Positions 16,141-24,000 of a stretch of 24,000 nucleotides of DNA are shown here, one piece after another. A program made the position numbers and the translations under genes. Source of the DNA: an uncultured Ignavibacteriaceae bacterium (GTDB lineage Bacteria; Bacteroidota; Ignavibacteria; UBA10030); contig CAZTKU010000003.1 of assembly GCA_964614245.1 (NCBI GenBank), positions 23,021-47,020 of the forward strand. Direction: 5' to 3'. Every line of letters begins with the position of its first letter. Positions within the stretch are counted from its first letter, which is position 1. The notes under the pieces are model-generated. The model had not been told where the DNA came from and did no database searches. It saw nothing but the letters and a program-made list of their open reading frames with translations.

Positions 16141-16182
16141 GAGGCGATTCGACCCTGATGTCCAGTTGAGCGGAATCGCCTC
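16141..16182 (-). terminator. Hairpin immediately after the aminopeptidase gene (candidate terminator)
   Basis: GAGGCGATTC (16141-16150) pairs with GAATCGCCTC (16173-16182): a 10-bp stem with a 22-nt loop, starting 8 nt after the TGA at 16190-16192. There is no adjacent U-tract. A pyrimidine run (ctccctcgtttttctctctctct) follows about 10 nt later on the minus strand. Confidence 0.3.
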
Positions 16183-16189
16183 AGGAGCA

Positions 16190-17650
16190 TCACTTTACTA
16201 TTTCCGACGGCGGATAACGCTGCAGCATTCCTTCCTCACGCATCAGCTTCTCGATTGCATCAAGCTCCATCGGGACGAAATTGGAAACAATCTCTGCACC
16301 CTTGTCGGTGATGACGATGAGATCCTCGAAGCGGATATTCAGTCGCTCTTCGGGAACGCGAAGAGCAGGTTCGATGGTAAACACCATACCGGGACGGAGA
16401 GGGCCCGTGTCGATTCCCACATCGTGTGTGGCCATCCCCACCCAGTGACCAAGGGTGGCTCGCGGGTTGCTTGCCGATCGGCGATAATTCTCGACGAATC
16501 CTCCTGCTGCCTTTTCGTATATCGGCTTGGAAAATCTCGAAGAAACGATCACCTTATCCATCTTGCTCACAGCTTCCTGCAGAATGATCTGCGCTGTGAC
16601 ACCTGGACGTATGGCCATGAGAACGGCACGATAGCAGTCGATGTAGAATCTGAACAATTCGCGCTGCGCCGGGCTGAACTTCCCATTGACCGGCCACGTC
16701 CTTGTGAGGTCGCTCATGTAGTAGCCCACGTCGGGTCCAAAATCCATCAAGACAAGATCACCATCCTGCATCAGTCGCTTGCCGGCATTGTAGTGTGCGA
16801 TCATCGCATTTGGACCGCTGGCGACGAGAGAGTAGTACGCTTCACCCTGCGCCCCGTTCCGGAAGTAGACATACTTTGCTACGGCATCAAGCTCGTACTC
16901 CATGATGCCCGGTGTTGTTGAACGCATCGCCTCCATCAAGGCTAACCCGGAAAGGACGGTAGCTCTCTTGATTGTAGCGATCTCGCGCGGGCTCTTGATC
17001 AATCGCAGGTTGTCCAGCGTTGAAGTGAGGTCACGTATCTCAAACTGGGGAAAACGAGATCGAAGGAGCTGGATGAAGTGGCCTTCCCGGGAGGCACGAC
17101 CGTCAAAGGGGTCGGCAGCTGCATCCCCAACAGCGCGCACAGCAAGGTCACGGCTTGTTGCTGCTCCTTCGGAAGGGCTGAATGGCGTGAAAACAGCTCC
17201 TGTCGCACTGGTTCGAGCATAACGGGCGAGATGTTCGGAGAGAAGATCAAGACCAAACACCGCATCAACACCCGAAAGCTGTTTTACCAGCGCCTCATCT
17301 TCCGCGGCGAGCGATTTGCCCTCACTTCGTTCGCGCCCCTCGTTGCGATGAGGAAGATAGAGCGATGTGCGTCGCTGGGTCGCATCAAGCAGGAGATACG
17401 CGTGAGGAACCTCAATCCCAGAAAGGTAGTAAAACTCATTCGTCTGCCGGAACCGAACGTAGCCTGCCGGGCTCGGTGCCCCCTGAATGAGCGCGATGGC
17501 GGCCGTTCCAATGGCATCATAGACCTTCGAGCGACGCGCTGTAAACTCCTCGGGAGGGAAATCTTTCGTGAAGGGCGAGAATCCCTCTTGCGACCACACG
17601 ATCAGCGGGAGGAAGGAAAGAAGGGCGGCGAAGACTCTTGGTCTCATCAT
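16190..17650 (-). CDS. Xaa-Pro aminopeptidase (M24B, aminopeptidase P family) with signal peptide
   Basis: The track ORF starts at a TTG (17689) that overlaps sppA. The ATG at 17650 gives MMRPRVFAALLSFLPLIVWSQ, a signal peptide. AMP_N-type segment FRQTNEFYYLSGIEVPHAYLLL. M24 C-terminal motifs HWVGMATHDVG, PGMVFTIEP, IRFEDLIVIT. Confidence 0.85.
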   Translation of the reverse strand: MMRPRVFAALLSFLPLIVWSQEGFSPFTKDFPPEEFTARRSKVYDAIGTAAIALIQGAPSPAGYVRFRQTNEFYYLSGIEVPHAYLLLDATQRRTSLYLPHRNEGRERSEGKSLAAEDEALVKQLSGVDAVFGLDLLSEHLARYARTSATGAVFTPFSPSEGAATSRDLAVRAVGDAAADPFDGRASREGHFIQLLRSRFPQFEIRDLTSTLDNLRLIKSPREIATIKRATVLSGLALMEAMRSTTPGIMEYELDAVAKYVYFRNGAQGEAYYSLVASGPNAMIAHYNAGKRLMQDGDLVLMDFGPDVGYYMSDLTRTWPVNGKFSPAQRELFRFYIDCYRAVLMAIRPGVTAQIILQEAVSKMDKVIVSSRFSKPIYEKAAGGFVENYRRSASNPRATLGHWVGMATHDVGIDTGPLRPGMVFTIEPALRVPEERLNIRFEDLIVITDKGAEIVSNFVPMELDAIEKLMREEGMLQRYPPSEIVK

Positions 17651-17666
17651 GGTCTTGCACTCCTTA

Positions 17667-20087
17667 TTAGTACATTCGAGTGAAATCAATATCTTCGATC
17701 GGCAGGATCGGCATCGGTTGGCCGTTGTGCTGAAGGAGAAATCTCAAATGTTCAAGAATTGGGTCTTTTTGCTTCACCTCCACCCCGATCAGCTTTGGCA
17801 TGAACTGGCTGAAATCGATCAGTCCTTTCTTTGGCAGCTCGAGGATGGTAACTTCTTCATCTTTCCGAATGCCCGCTTTCTCTTTCGCAACGGTGATCGC
17901 CGTCTCCAGGCCGCCGAGGATGTCCACTAATCCATTCTGCAATCCATCGTAGCCGGACCACACTCGGCCCTGAGCAATTGCATCAACGGCATCGCTGTCC
18001 CGCTTGCGCCCGGAAGCAACCTTCCCAACAAATTCTCTATACATAGTCTTGATGGCATACTCCATGCGAGTTCGTTCTACATCAGTCATAGCACGATCGG
18101 GCAGGCCGAGCCCGATGAAGGGCAGGGTAAATCCAAACCCAAGGTCAGCGTGGTCGCCGACCTTCACAAGATCCGTGGACATTCCCAGCTTCTCTTTGAT
18201 TCCCTTGTTGTAAGCCCATCCTCCAATGACGCCAATTGAGCCTGTAACGGTGTTCGGTGCGGCAACGATGGTATCCCCGTACATCGAAAGCCAATAGCCG
18301 CCCGAGGCAGCAACCGCTCCCTGGGAGACGATAACCGGCTTCTTTCCTTTTGCTTTCTTGAGGGCTTCGGCGATGTAGTCTGATGCCATCGGGTCGCCGC
18401 CGGGAGAGTCGACTCGCAGGACAATGGCTTTGACGCTCCGATCCTCCACGACGGCCTGAACATCGTAAACGAGCTTGCGGGCCGTGATGCCCTCATCCAT
18501 AGCACATGCTCCTAACGCGTAGACAATGGCAATCTTTGGCGGCTCGCTCCAGCGGTTGTCGGTGGGCTGAATGAAAGCCTCGAGTGAACCGGTGCCGGCA
18601 TACCTCTTCTCGGTTCCCTCAAGATTCTTGATAACTTCCTTGACGGTTTCCCACCGCCCAAGTGTATCCACAAGACCCTTAGCAAGAGCATCCTGTGCGA
18701 GATAGGCAACCTCGTTGTTCACCATGTTGTCGAACTGCTCGGGTGTAAGACGACGGCTATCGCAGATATCAGATTTGACAAGCCTGTAGGTGTTGTCCAG
18801 GAGCCTCTGGCGTTGCTCGCGGTCGGCATCGGACATCTTGTCGCGAGAAAGGTTTTCATACGCCGATTTATACTTGAAGAATCGCCACTCGTCATACCCA
18901 ATGCCGATCTTCTCGAGCATGCCCTTCAGGAATGTTCGGCCGGCCACATATCCGCCAATCTGGATCAAGCCCTGCGTATCCATCACGATCCGGTCAGCGA
19001 CCGAGGCGAAATGGTACTGGTTCATCCCGGCTTTGTCGATGAAGATGATCACGCGCTTGCCGCTCGATTTGAAATCCTTCAGCTTCTCCCGGACTTCCCA
19101 GAGCATCTCTCCGTCAGCCGCCAGACCCGAGGTGTTGATGGCAATTCCTGCAACGCTTGGATCCTCTTTGGCTGCCCCAATCGCCGCTAGGAGATCCAAC
19201 AGCGTGTGCACGTTGTCGAGGAACCGGAATCGCTGATACTTCACCGGCCCGGACATCGTGATGTTGACGTAGCTGTTCCTTCGTCCTTTCAGCATCGTCC
19301 GATCGAACGCACCAATGCGGATGCCATACGTATTGTAGCTGTGCTTCCCGTCCTCTTCGTAGTGTGCCTGCGTCGTGAGCCCCAAGCGGCCGAGGCTGAG
19401 TTGGATGCCGACAGTAAAGCCTTTCGTGTCAAAGAAGCGGCCGGTAATCCGCACGCCGGGCATTGCTTCCACAGCCGCGCCCGCGCTCCAACGCCCGTCG
19501 GCGAAGGTCTGTTTGGTCTGCAGGGCGTAGTCGCCGAAGATAGTAACAGACTCGTTGCCAAATGGTCGCGCTGCAAGATCGATGACGCCCTCGTTGTTAC
19601 TGCGGCTTTGGGTGCTCAACGTGCCGACAAGACCGAGCGAGAGATAGGGATTTGGACGAAAGAGAGTTCCAACCATCACAAGATTTGAACGATTGAACGT
19701 CTTCGTATGACCGCTGGACCATCCATAGCCAAGGCCGTAGCTGACCGTTCGATTGCCAGCCGCCAGAGAGAGCCGATAGTCGGTAACGCTGAGCGAACCG
19801 ACCTTCTGATGGATCATACCGAATCCAACGTTTGGGGCGGCGGCAAACAACCCCCATCGGTTGAAATCACTCCACCTGCCGAGTTCATCAGACCACAGGA
19901 AAGAAAAATCGGGCTCGTGGAGAAGGGAAGGGAGCGCGGGGTTGTCGTACCCATACAGGCCGAATTTCATCGCGCCGGGCGATGTGAGAAGGAAACTGTT
20001 CTGAGAGTGATACGACGGATACGTTTCCTGTCCAATAAGGATGGCAGGAAGGAACAATACGATGAGGACAAGCGCGCAGAGCTTCAT
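17667..20087 (-). CDS. sppA: Signal peptide peptidase SppA (S49, two-domain 67K type) with extra ~250-aa N-terminal beta-rich domain
   Basis: The track ORF starts at a GTG (20192). The ATG at 20087 lies 3 nt after AGGAGGA and gives MKLCALVLIVLFLPAILIGQ, a signal peptide. Two S49 repeats are present. The second has RVDSPGGD and the catalytic-Ser context GAVAASGGYW. Confidence 0.85.
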   Translation of the reverse strand: MKLCALVLIVLFLPAILIGQETYPSYHSQNSFLLTSPGAMKFGLYGYDNPALPSLLHEPDFSFLWSDELGRWSDFNRWGLFAAAPNVGFGMIHQKVGSLSVTDYRLSLAAGNRTVSYGLGYGWSSGHTKTFNRSNLVMVGTLFRPNPYLSLGLVGTLSTQSRSNNEGVIDLAARPFGNESVTIFGDYALQTKQTFADGRWSAGAAVEAMPGVRITGRFFDTKGFTVGIQLSLGRLGLTTQAHYEEDGKHSYNTYGIRIGAFDRTMLKGRRNSYVNITMSGPVKYQRFRFLDNVHTLLDLLAAIGAAKEDPSVAGIAINTSGLAADGEMLWEVREKLKDFKSSGKRVIIFIDKAGMNQYHFASVADRIVMDTQGLIQIGGYVAGRTFLKGMLEKIGIGYDEWRFFKYKSAYENLSRDKMSDADREQRQRLLDNTYRLVKSDICDSRRLTPEQFDNMVNNEVAYLAQDALAKGLVDTLGRWETVKEVIKNLEGTEKRYAGTGSLEAFIQPTDNRWSEPPKIAIVYALGACAMDEGITARKLVYDVQAVVEDRSVKAIVLRVDSPGGDPMASDYIAEALKKAKGKKPVIVSQGAVAASGGYWLSMYGDTIVAAPNTVTGSIGVIGGWAYNKGIKEKLGMSTDLVKVGDHADLGFGFTLPFIGLGLPDRAMTDVERTRMEYAIKTMYREFVGKVASGRKRDSDAVDAIAQGRVWSGYDGLQNGLVDILGGLETAITVAKEKAGIRKDEEVTILELPKKGLIDFSQFMPKLIGVEVKQKDPILEHLRFLLQHNGQPMPILPIEDIDFTRMY

Positions 20088-20124
20088 ACATCCTCCTGAA
20101 GTTCGTTCAAGGCTGAGATGGAAT

Positions 20125-20844
20125 TCAACGGGGTTTCCGCACCAGACGCAGCATGTCGCGGACCGCGCGATCAAGACCGACCATGAGTGCACGAGTTATG
20201 ATGGCGTGGCCGATGCTCAGCTCATCGATTTCCCTGATTGAAGCAATCGGCGTGACGTTGGCATAGTTCAATCCGTGGCCGGCGTTCACACCCAGGCCCA
20301 GGGATTTTGCCAGTTTCGCTGCTCGCCGGATGCGCCTCAATTGTTCTTGCTGCTCCCGCTTGGTATGCGCTTCGGCATATTCTCCCGTGTGGATTTCGAT
20401 CATGTCGGCTCCAATTTCCTTCGAGGCTTCAATCTGCGCATCGAAGGGATTCACAAAAAGGCTGACAGCAATGTTGTGTTGATGGAACATCCGAACGACA
20501 TCCTCCAACCGCCGCTTGTTTGCCCTGACATCGAGTCCGTCCTCTGTCGTGAGCTCTTGTCGGTGTTCGGGGACGAGGGTCACAAAATCGGGAAGAACGT
20601 CGATTGCGATCGCGATGATTTCATCTGTTGCCGCCATTTCGAGATCGAGCCTCGTCTTGAGGGTCTTGCGCAAGGTTCTGACGTCCTGATCGCGAATGTG
20701 CCGACGATCCTCGCGCAAATGGCAAACAATCCCGAGAGCCCCGGCGGCCTCACATACCCTCGAGGCCTCAACGGGATCGGGCTCCTTTCCTCCCCGGGCA
20801 TTCCGAAGAGTAGCGACATGATCAATATTGATGGCCAAACGCAT
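20125..20844 (-). CDS. pdxJ: Pyridoxine 5'-phosphate synthase
   Basis: 239 aa. MRLAINIDHVATLRNARGG..EPDPV, HLREDRRHI, VNAGHGL and IGHAII motifs are colinear with E. coli PdxJ as I recall it. Confidence 0.92.
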   Translation of the reverse strand: MRLAINIDHVATLRNARGGKEPDPVEASRVCEAAGALGIVCHLREDRRHIRDQDVRTLRKTLKTRLDLEMAATDEIIAIAIDVLPDFVTLVPEHRQELTTEDGLDVRANKRRLEDVVRMFHQHNIAVSLFVNPFDAQIEASKEIGADMIEIHTGEYAEAHTKREQQEQLRRIRRAAKLAKSLGLGVNAGHGLNYANVTPIASIREIDELSIGHAIITRALMVGLDRAVRDMLRLVRKPR

Positions 20845-21031
20845 ACGCGCTCCAACAAAACCGTGTGTAGTGTGTGCTGGTCAATATAAGAAAATTCCCA
20901 ATGTTTAGAAATTTCACCATGTTTGTGTGGGCCTTGTCTTCGGAAACAAGTATCGGTATCGCTCGAGCTGAAACTTTTCAAGCAAAGCCAGCGTAGTTTC
21001 CAGGAGACAGGACTATTCTATAGGTGAGGTT

Positions 21032-22720
21032 ATGAAAACAATCGTTAAGGCTCTCATCCTGGCATCATGCGTACTCTTGTACACGGCGGAGGCTGATGCG
21101 CAGTCGAAGAAGCGGGTTAGCTCAACCCGGAGCAGTCATGAGGACCTCGGGGAGCGCATCGAAGCGATCGTTGAGGACGTGATTGGCAAGATCAGCAAGG
21201 GGTTCTCGCGCTATGAGTACGACGACGATGTATTTGCGGGCGACACCCTCCTGCCGAAGCGAGCGAAGAAAGATCGGCGCGCCGCGCCCATACGGGAAGA
21301 TAACAACCTTACCTATGAAGGGGACGCCGTCATTGAGGAGGAGGACACGCTCAATGCCAACGTGGTTGTCAAGGCAGGCGACCTGACGGTGTACGGGAAG
21401 GTCGTCGGCGACGTTCTCGTCGTGGGTGGCAATCTGTACGTAAAAGACAATGGATACATTACCGGCAACGCAAAAGTCATTAACGGCGACGTCTTCAAAG
21501 ATGAGGTGGCACGCATCGATGGGTACATCGACAAGACGAGTTCAGCGGCGAATTCGTACCGCGAGAACGAGAAGAAGTTCACCCGATCATCAACACGACT
21601 CAATGCAAACTGGATCAGCGAGACAACGAATCTCGACAACTTCATCTTTCGCTACAACAGGGTTGAGGGTTTGTTCCTTGGCACGGGCTCCGACAAACGA
21701 TACTACTGGGATGGCAGAAAAAGCTACAGCATATTCGGTTCCTTCGGCTATGGGTTCAAGGCGCGAGAGTGGAGAGGCAATCTCGGACTGAGTCGTCAGT
21801 TTGCGTTCAATGATGGTCAACTCATTGAGATTGGCCTCGAAGGCCATAAGCTCACAGACAGCAAGGACAATTGGATCATCGGTGTTCATGAGAACACGGC
21901 AGCAGCGATTCTCATCCATGAGGACTTTCGTGACTACTACCGTCGCATAGGGATGGGCTTTAACGCGGGGTATGCACTTCAGCAGGACTACGTTACGGGT
22001 CAAGTGCGTGTTGAGTACTTGATCGATGACTATAAGTCGATGGAAAACCGCACCGAGTGGTCGATCTTTGGAGGGGATAAGACATTTCGCCTGAACCCAT
22101 CAATCGACGAGGGACAGATGCGAAGCATCCTGACATCAGCCGGGTTAAGCACGGTAACGAAGACCATGTACGGCCCGGAGGGGTGGAGCATCTTTGCAAC
22201 AGCGGAATTTGCTGATAAAAATTTCGGCGGCGAGTTTGGCTTCAATCAATACGTCCTTGACGTTCGCAGGTATCAGCCGCTTGGTCGGTACGACAACCTC
22301 AATGTCCGCCTGCGCGCGGGAACCTCGGAAGGCTCACTTCCGGTGCAAAAGATCTTCGAGATAGGCGGCCTGAGCACGCTGCACGGATTTCCCTTCAAGT
22401 CTCAGGCAGGCAACCGGATGATCCTCGTGAATGCTGAATACATCGTCAACGGGGATTTCCTTGGCGAATTGGAGTTTTGGCCAAGCTGGCTGATGAGCGG
22501 CATCAACTTCCTGGTGCTGGGCGATGCTGCGGTTTTGCGCAGCGAGGTGTCCGGTACCTCGTGGAATAAAGGCTTCAGCGGTATCAGGTTCTCCGAGTTC
22601 AGGCACGATGTGGGTGTGGGGGTGGCATCGCGCAGTGGATCGTTCCGGTTAGCCTACGTCTGGCGGACCGACCAAAGAGAGCCGGCGCGGTTTATCTTCC
22701 GCTTTGCAAGACCGTTCTGA
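21032..22720 (+). CDS. Outer-membrane Omp85/surface-antigen-type beta-barrel protein with bactofilin-like N-terminal segment
   Basis: 562 aa. Signal peptide MKTIVKALILASCVLLYTAEADA. Residues ~95-168 are a V/G-rich repeat (VVVKAGDLTVYGKVVGDVLVVGGNLYVKDNGYITGNAKVINGDVF) like the bactofilin beta-helix. The C-terminal half has alternating beta-strand patterns, an L6-like motif EIGGLSTLHGFPF, and a terminal ...RFARPF (aromatic C-terminus). Confidence 0.65.
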   Translation: MKTIVKALILASCVLLYTAEADAQSKKRVSSTRSSHEDLGERIEAIVEDVIGKISKGFSRYEYDDDVFAGDTLLPKRAKKDRRAAPIREDNNLTYEGDAVIEEEDTLNANVVVKAGDLTVYGKVVGDVLVVGGNLYVKDNGYITGNAKVINGDVFKDEVARIDGYIDKTSSAANSYRENEKKFTRSSTRLNANWISETTNLDNFIFRYNRVEGLFLGTGSDKRYYWDGRKSYSIFGSFGYGFKAREWRGNLGLSRQFAFNDGQLIEIGLEGHKLTDSKDNWIIGVHENTAAAILIHEDFRDYYRRIGMGFNAGYALQQDYVTGQVRVEYLIDDYKSMENRTEWSIFGGDKTFRLNPSIDEGQMRSILTSAGLSTVTKTMYGPEGWSIFATAEFADKNFGGEFGFNQYVLDVRRYQPLGRYDNLNVRLRAGTSEGSLPVQKIFEIGGLSTLHGFPFKSQAGNRMILVNAEYIVNGDFLGELEFWPSWLMSGINFLVLGDAAVLRSEVSGTSWNKGFSGIRFSEFRHDVGVGVASRSGSFRLAYVWRTDQREPARFIFRFARPF

Positions 22721-22747
22721 GGTGTCATTGACATTGTGAGGCTTGGG

Positions 22748-22783
22748 GAAAGGTCGGAATCACTCTCCGACCTTTCTTCTTGT
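22748..22783 (+). terminator. Rho-independent terminator after the Omp85-like gene
   Basis: GAAAGGTCGGA (22748-22758) pairs with TCCGACCTTTC (22766-22776): an 11-bp stem with a 7-nt loop, followed by TTCTTGT. Starts 28 nt after the TGA at 22718-22720. Confidence 0.65.
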
Positions 22784-22868
22784 ACGGGGAGGTGCGCTTT
22801 TGGCAATTTCGATTTATCTTCATGCGTGTTCGCATCAAGAGCACCACAGTTCTTCACAGGCGCACGGA

Positions 22869-24000
22869 ATGAATCGGAAAGTGCCCAATATGCTTCCACC
22901 CATGCTTACTGTCTTATGGATCATTCTCATGGCGATCACAACCTCATCCAGCTTTGCGCAAGAGCAGGCAAATATTGCGCGCGAGCTCTATGACTCTTAT
23001 TCAAAGTATCAAGTGGCAGAAATTACCTCGCGCAGGTTCACACAGGGAGACATGCTGCGGTGGTTGAAGCTGCCGCAGGAGCAACGAGTGTTCGAGACGG
23101 TGCCAGCCGGTAAATCTGCGGAGGGGCGTGACATTTGGCTGCTGAAGGTCGGACGCGGCAAGACGAGCGTCATGCTCTGGTCCCAGATGCATGGTGATGA
23201 GGCCACGGCAACGATGGCCATTGTGGATATGATGAACTTCTTTGGATCGTCACCAAACCATCCTGTGGTAAAGATGATCACGGAGCAACTGACGCTCCTC
23301 ATCATTCCGATGTTAAACCCTGACGGAGCAGAGCGATTTCAGCGACGGACCGCCCAGCTGATTGATATGAACCGGGACGCGCTCTTTCTCGGAACTCCAG
23401 AGGCCCGGGTATTGCGGGGAGCCTGGGAACGTTATCGGCCGCACTTCGGCTTCAATTTGCATGACCAGGACCCGCGGACAAGCGTTGGGAACACGAAAAA
23501 AGTGAGCACGATTGCCCTTCTCGCCCCAGCGTATGATGAATCGCGATCGGATAACGACGTGCGCCGGCCAGCGAAGCAAGTTGCCGCCACGTTCGCGACC
23601 GTGATGAAGCAATTCATCCCCGGAAACGTCTCGAAGTATGACGACACGTTCGAGCCTCGCGCGTTCGGAGATAACATCCAGAAGTGGGGGACGAGCACCG
23701 TGCTCGTCGAATCCGGTGGATGGCCCGGCGATCCCAACAAGATGTTCATCCGGAAACTCAACTTTGTCGGCCTGTTGACAACGCTTTACGCCATCGGAGG
23801 CGAACAGTACCAGCATGCGGATCTTCAAGCGTATGAACAACTCCCGTTCAACACGATGTATTTCTTCGACCTTATTCTGCGCAATGCGCTCTTGCAGGTC
23901 AATGATCGCATGCCATCCATCACCGTGGATATTGGAATCAACATCGATGAGGAACTCGACTCATCAATAGGGTCACTCACCCTCGTAGGGAAAGTGATGG
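22869..24000 (+). CDS. M14-family zinc carboxypeptidase, secreted (3' end beyond window)
   Basis: Not in the ORF track because there is no stop in the window. My own translation from the ATG at 22869 gives MNRKVPNMLPPMLTVLWIILMAITTSSSFAQ (signal peptide) ...VMLWSQMHGDEATATM (HxxE zinc motif) ...IIPMLNPDGAERF...GFNLHDQ...LVESGGW. The frame is open to base 24000. An alternative start exists at 22890. The minus ORFs at 23313..23840 and 23432..23761 are shadows. Confidence 0.8.
   Translation, partial: MNRKVPNMLPPMLTVLWIILMAITTSSSFAQEQANIARELYDSYSKYQVAEITSRRFTQGDMLRWLKLPQEQRVFETVPAGKSAEGRDIWLLKVGRGKTSVMLWSQMHGDEATATMAIVDMMNFFGSSPNHPVVKMITEQLTLLIIPMLNPDGAERFQRRTAQLIDMNRDALFLGTPEARVLRGAWERYRPHFGFNLHDQDPRTSVGNTKKVSTIALLAPAYDESRSDNDVRRPAKQVAATFATVMKQFIPGNVSKYDDTFEPRAFGDNIQKWGTSTVLVESGGWPGDPNKMFIRKLNFVGLLTTLYAIGGEQYQHADLQAYEQLPFNTMYFFDLILRNALLQVNDRMPSITVDIGINIDEELDSSIGSLTLVGKVM

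Noticed and set aside
15642-16189. Known riboswitch (for example c-di-GMP class I/II, seen upstream of pilin genes in some bacteria) in the cassette B leader.
   Set aside because: Reading both strands by eye, I could not find the conserved cores of those classes. This cannot be excluded without a covariance-model scan, so it is listed as a check rather than a call.

Overview
This is a 24-kb bacterial chromosomal window, almost entirely coding and mostly on the minus strand. The taxon cannot be determined from the sequence alone. Features from left to right:
- A signal/anchor-bearing YtcJ-like amidohydrolase (+).
- An array of three hairpin repeats with an exact 75-bp period, in a convergent intergenic gap.
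- A tightly packed six-gene minus-strand operon: a small Cys-rich ORF, a two-cysteine DsrC, a NarI/DsrM-like membrane subunit, a DsrK/HdrD-like CCG-domain Fe-S protein, and two class-V (cysteine-desulfurase-family) PLP enzymes.
- A YdfG-like SDR.
- A D-threonine-aldolase/D-serine-dehydratase-family PLP enzyme.
- The stand-out feature: two tandem copies, offset exactly 2,877 bp, of a three-gene cassette encoding pseudopilin-like proteins of 163, 215 and 407 aa. Their architecture is GspI/J/K- or PilV/W/X-like, with non-canonical, almost leaderless N-termini. The inner 2,147 bp of the two copies is base-for-base identical. The coding edges are heavily and mostly synonymously diverged, and the flanking regulatory DNA is unrelated.
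- A pdxJ / sppA / Xaa-Pro-aminopeptidase operon (-).
- An Omp85-type barrel protein with a bactofilin-like N-terminal segment (+).
- A 3'-truncated M14 carboxypeptidase (+), absent from the ORF track because it runs off the window.

I saw no rRNA, tRNA, transposase, integrase, reverse transcriptase, cas gene or convincing CRISPR array. Several ORF-track starts use TTG/GTG and look over-extended, so I trimmed them to ATG codons with better context.
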